A DNA stretch of 64,000 nucleotides from Gammaproteobacteria bacterium (lineage in GTDB: Bacteria > Pseudomonadota > Gammaproteobacteria > Pseudomonadales > PIVM01). The translations under genes were made by a program, and so were the position numbers. This document shows positions 61,112-64,000 of this stretch, piece after piece. Each line of letters opens with the position of its first letter. Within the stretch, counting starts at the first letter, position 1. The DNA lies in contig PIVM01000007.1 in NCBI GenBank assembly GCA_003353945.1, positions 5,127 through 69,126 of the forward strand. The letters are read 5' to 3'. The notes below the pieces were generated by a model. That model was not told the DNA's origin and searched no databases. It saw only the letters and a program-made list of their open reading frames with translations.

Positions 61112-61798
61112 ATGAAAATCATCACCGTATTGGCTCTGATGCTTTTATCTATCCACGCTCATTCTGCATGTGTTGTACTCCTTCACGGTCTTATACGATC
61201 CGACAGTTCCATGAAAAAGTTAGAAACCGAACTTGTTAACGAGAATTTCACTGTAATCAACGTTAACTACCCCTCACGAGACCACCCCATCGAAGTATTA
61301 GCCGAAAAAGCCATTGATCCTGCTTTAAACCAGTGCGGTTTGGAAAAAGATATTCATTTTGTCACCCATTCCCTTGGCGGCATATTGGTTCGGCAATATT
61401 TAAGTCAACACGAGATCAGAAAACTGAAGCACGTAGTGATGCTAGGCCCTCCGAACCAGGGAAGTGAAGTGGTAGATAAACTGGGAAACTTCCCCGGCTT
61501 TCACTTTGTTAATGGTGATGCCGGATTGCAGCTTGGCACTGGCGAGCTCAGTGCTCCAAACAAACTGGGTAAAGCCGAATTCGATGTAGGCATCATCGCC
61601 GGAACGAGAAGTATAAACTGGATTTTATCAATGCTCATTCCAAATACTGATGATGGAAAGGTTTCTGTGGACAGAACAAAGCTGGAAGGCATGAATGATC
61701 ATATCGAAATGCCAGTTACCCATCCATTCATGATGAAAAATGAAGATGTCATTGCTCAGGTTATTCACTATTTAAGATACGGCAACTTCAAAAAATAG
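61112..61798 (+). CDS. Secreted alpha/beta-fold hydrolase (lipase/esterase-like)
   Basis: 228 aa with a signal peptide. Contains VVLLHGL and the nucleophile elbow THSLGG. Confidence 0.7.
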   Translation: MKIITVLALMLLSIHAHSACVVLLHGLIRSDSSMKKLETELVNENFTVINVNYPSRDHPIEVLAEKAIDPALNQCGLEKDIHFVTHSLGGILVRQYLSQHEIRKLKHVVMLGPPNQGSEVVDKLGNFPGFHFVNGDAGLQLGTGELSAPNKLGKAEFDVGIIAGTRSINWILSMLIPNTDDGKVSVDRTKLEGMNDHIEMPVTHPFMMKNEDVIAQVIHYLRYGNFKK

Positions 61799-61965
61799 TT
61801 GCGTTTGTCATGCCGTCTATCTCTCAAGGCGTTGGATGAAGTTATTATTAATCGTTAAGATGTGTTATCTTTCCGCTGCACAAGCTATGAATTGGTCTTC
61901 GATGATATAACGGCGCACGATGAAAAAGTGAACTAAAATAATGCAAAGATAGCTTGCCACTAAAG

Positions 61966-61981
61966 CTGTAATAATATACAG
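61966..61981. promoter_or_regulatory. LexA (SOS) box CTGT-N8-ACAG
   Basis: CTGTAATAATATACAG read directly. It ends 44 nt upstream of the yebG ATG and matches the gammaproteobacterial consensus CTGT-N8-ACAG with an AT-rich spacer. Confidence 0.7.
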
Positions 61982-62025
61982 TGCCGCAATATATGCATTT
62001 ATAACAGAAACAACGAGGTGACACC

Positions 62026-62307
62026 ATGGCAGTCATAGCTAAGTGGATGTGTGATCGGGATAACTCTATGTTTGATAGTAAAAAAGAAGCTGATGCCTAC
62101 GACAAAATGCTGGAGCTGGCGGGACAGTTCACGACGCTGCTGGAATCTCAGATTGCCGATATCGATGAAGTTAAGGCCGAAGAATTTGGCATTCTGCTAG
62201 CAAAAAATAAGGAGCTGGTTATACAAGCGTGCAAGGGTAATTCAGAAGCGCTGCAGAAAATTGGATCTGATGAGACCAATGTTACGCCAATAGCTGCTGA
62301 GGGATAA
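62026..62307 (+). CDS. yebG: YebG-family DNA damage-inducible protein
   Basis: 93 aa. MAVIAKWMCDRDNSMFDSKKEADAYDKMLELA aligns with E. coli YebG (..MSFTSKKEADAYDKMLDLA..). Confidence 0.8.
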   Translation: MAVIAKWMCDRDNSMFDSKKEADAYDKMLELAGQFTTLLESQIADIDEVKAEEFGILLAKNKELVIQACKGNSEALQKIGSDETNVTPIAAEG

Positions 62308-62871
62308 AAAATCGGCCGGCGGGAAATAGAGAGTAGTTACACAAAATGATTTACAGAACCTATTTTTTGTATTTCGCAATGCGCTGGACACTGCTTGTAT
62401 CTACTCCAACACCTTGAAAACCAATTTCAAGGACTTGCCGGTGCTGCTTTTCAGATAAAAGAAGCTGCCTGAAAGCTTGTCTATCCGCTATTAACGCACA
62501 CCCGACATTGATCAAAGTGTTCAGCTTGGGACCGTGGGGAAAAAAATAAAAACCATGCAAAATCGCTGAAAAATTTTACTCTAAGGCCTTGGAAATAAAA
62601 CCTCACCTGCCCCCACCTATTGACAAATCTATATTTTCTGCAGATCTTTTTATAACCACACCACTTGTCGCAAAATGAAAATGAATTGTTTTTGTTATCA
62701 TCTGATCAGCGCTGACATTAAAATCAGTGGATCCCAACTGACTGCAAGTCGCACCTGAATTTTCAACCTCTGCCATGAAGCGTAAACTCATAGCCGCGGC
62801 TGCGGAAAAACAAATTTTTCAAGACCCCTGAATCCTAATCTGCACCCACAAGTGAAGACGCATTCCCGCAG

Positions 62872-63921
62872 TTATAACTCCCCACTCCCAAGAATTATTT
62901 CAACAGCCACGCTCTCATAGAAAGGTTTAAGTTCTGTCCTAATCCAGCTTTCCAGATATCCGTTCTCTATGACCCACTGGGAAATATGGGGCGCATGAGC
63001 CTGAATCTCTGCTGCCAGCAGGTCCTTATCCAAACCCAGAGAATTCAACAAATCTTCAATGCTCTCATTCCCGTAAATTTCCAACCAAAGTTCAATCATC
63101 TGAGAGCACAATTCAACAATAAATGTACTCTGCCCAAAATCTTCCAAAACGTGGGAAGCGATACACAGCAAATCATCAACATCTTTCTCATCAACACGCC
63201 GGGCAACGCAGGAAAGCGGCTGACTCCCAAAATCTTGCCAAGTATTTTCAGCAATTCCTTCTATTCTTTTTTCATCCAGCGCCCGATTCAACGATGTTTT
63301 ACTCAAACTAATAGTTCGCTTAATATTGCTCTGGATATAGGGCTTCACCGTGTTTTCCACCATCGAATCCAGCTTAGGCATGGATTTGTTAACACCCCAT
63401 TTGCCAGCCTTGAAAAGTGAAGAAACACCACGCATCTTGGCTAAAAAGTTTTCCTCCAGAATATAGTCCTTAATGCCTTGATAAAGAACATCAGAAATAA
63501 GCTCTGCGTATACTTCACTGTCAACTGCGCAACTTATGATCTTGTGTCGAAACTCCTCATAGCCAATAATTTTTTCGATGACTAAGTCATAGCTGTTTTT
63601 ACTAATCAGCTCATCAAAAGAGTTTGTTTTATACAATTCAGATTCAAGCATACCAACAAGAACTGTATACACCATATCCAACAGTTCATCTTTCACAGAC
63701 GCGCTGCTGAGCGCTCTGCTTAAGGTGCTTTTGATTCGCTCCTGATTTAAGCCTTGACCTACCAGGTCTTTGGCGGTTTTGTCCTCTAGCAGCTGATAAA
63801 GTATTTCGATAGCATTCGCTATTTTTGTATTTAGCTTCTCCCCCTCATATTCCTCCAGAATATGCCGTACCTGAGCTTCGAACAGTTTTTCCGCTTTATC
63901 TAACACAGCAAGCTCCTTCAT
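62872..63921 (-). CDS. Hypothetical protein (349 aa, predicted helical, cytoplasmic)
   Basis: A long uninterrupted ORF with no TM segment or signal peptide and no motif I recognise. Confidence 0.5.
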   Translation of the reverse strand: MKELAVLDKAEKLFEAQVRHILEEYEGEKLNTKIANAIEILYQLLEDKTAKDLVGQGLNQERIKSTLSRALSSASVKDELLDMVYTVLVGMLESELYKTNSFDELISKNSYDLVIEKIIGYEEFRHKIISCAVDSEVYAELISDVLYQGIKDYILEENFLAKMRGVSSLFKAGKWGVNKSMPKLDSMVENTVKPYIQSNIKRTISLSKTSLNRALDEKRIEGIAENTWQDFGSQPLSCVARRVDEKDVDDLLCIASHVLEDFGQSTFIVELCSQMIELWLEIYGNESIEDLLNSLGLDKDLLAAEIQAHAPHISQWVIENGYLESWIRTELKPFYESVAVEIILGSGEL

Positions 63922-64000
63922 TGTTTCGAGGATGTATTTTATCCCACAGCTTTCTGGTAGTCGATGCTAATACTGTATGCCCAGCTGTTCCAAGCACCTT

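Noticed and set aside
63922-64000. Possible 3' end of another minus-strand gene entering from beyond the right edge (for example ..GAWNSWAYSISIDYQKAVG*).
   Set aside because: Only about 20 codons are visible and two frames are open. This is too little sequence to call.
1-64000. Search for CRISPR arrays, rRNA and tRNA genes, integrases, transposases, reverse transcriptases, and toxin-antitoxin pairs.
   Set aside because: None were seen. There are no regularly spaced direct repeats with unique spacers. Intergenic regions lack tRNA T-arm or anticodon-arm structures. No ORF carries recombinase, DDE or RT motifs. This was an eyeball scan, so small or degenerate elements could have been missed.

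Overview
This is a chromosomal segment from a gammaproteobacterium; I cannot assign a genus from sequence alone. I found no rRNA or tRNA genes, no CRISPR array, and no intact transposase or integrase. All calls come from reading the ORF track and the DNA by eye. Refined start codons and motif coordinates were derived manually, and no database search was run.

Gene content, left to right:
- 1-6469: recB (runs off the left edge) and recC.
- 6539-8774: a PF06189-type 5'-nucleotidase, transcribed divergently from a WYL-domain regulator.
- 9999-15214: an operon of half-size PBP-like protein, outer-membrane barrel, second PBP-like protein and a GGDEF/EAL sensor.
- 15614-16297: a TetR-family regulator.
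- 16791-34798: a large type IV pilus locus. It holds pilS, pilR and fimT, then an inverted pilV-pilW-pilX-pilY1-pilE operon, then fimU-pilV-pilW-pilX-pilY1, a small secreted protein, and pilE.
- 35015-50868: housekeeping genes ispH, fkpB, lspA, ileS, ribF, hisG, murJ, thpR, nudF, pyrB, an ABC exporter, sbcB and a class I fumarase.
- 51383-55822: a Lar-like zinc-ribbon protein, a membrane-anchored coiled-coil protein, and a hybrid histidine kinase with a YfiR/DUF4154 partner.
- About 55.9-64 kb: an accessory-looking, decayed region that looks AT-richer by eye. It contains gene fragments, a PilZ protein, a frameshifted DUF1566 gene, a histidine-kinase/GGDEF chimera, a frameshifted amidohydrolase, an alpha/beta hydrolase, yebG with a perfect SOS box, and unknown proteins.

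Most notable observations:
1. Two complete but strongly diverged minor-pilin/PilY1 operons lie head to head inside the synteny that Pseudomonas conserves from pilSR to ispH.
2. A four-gene PBP-like / OM barrel / PBP-like / GGDEF-EAL operon may be an uncharacterised envelope-to-c-di-GMP signalling module.
3. A WYL regulator is transcribed divergently from a nucleotidase-recC-recB gene string, with a perfect 9-bp inverted repeat between them.
4. A repeat-dense intergenic region lies upstream of the orphan Lar-like gene.
5. A roughly 210-bp nested palindrome resembling a MITE sits in the decayed region.

None of these is proven to be a novel system. They are ranked hypotheses, each with an explicit test.
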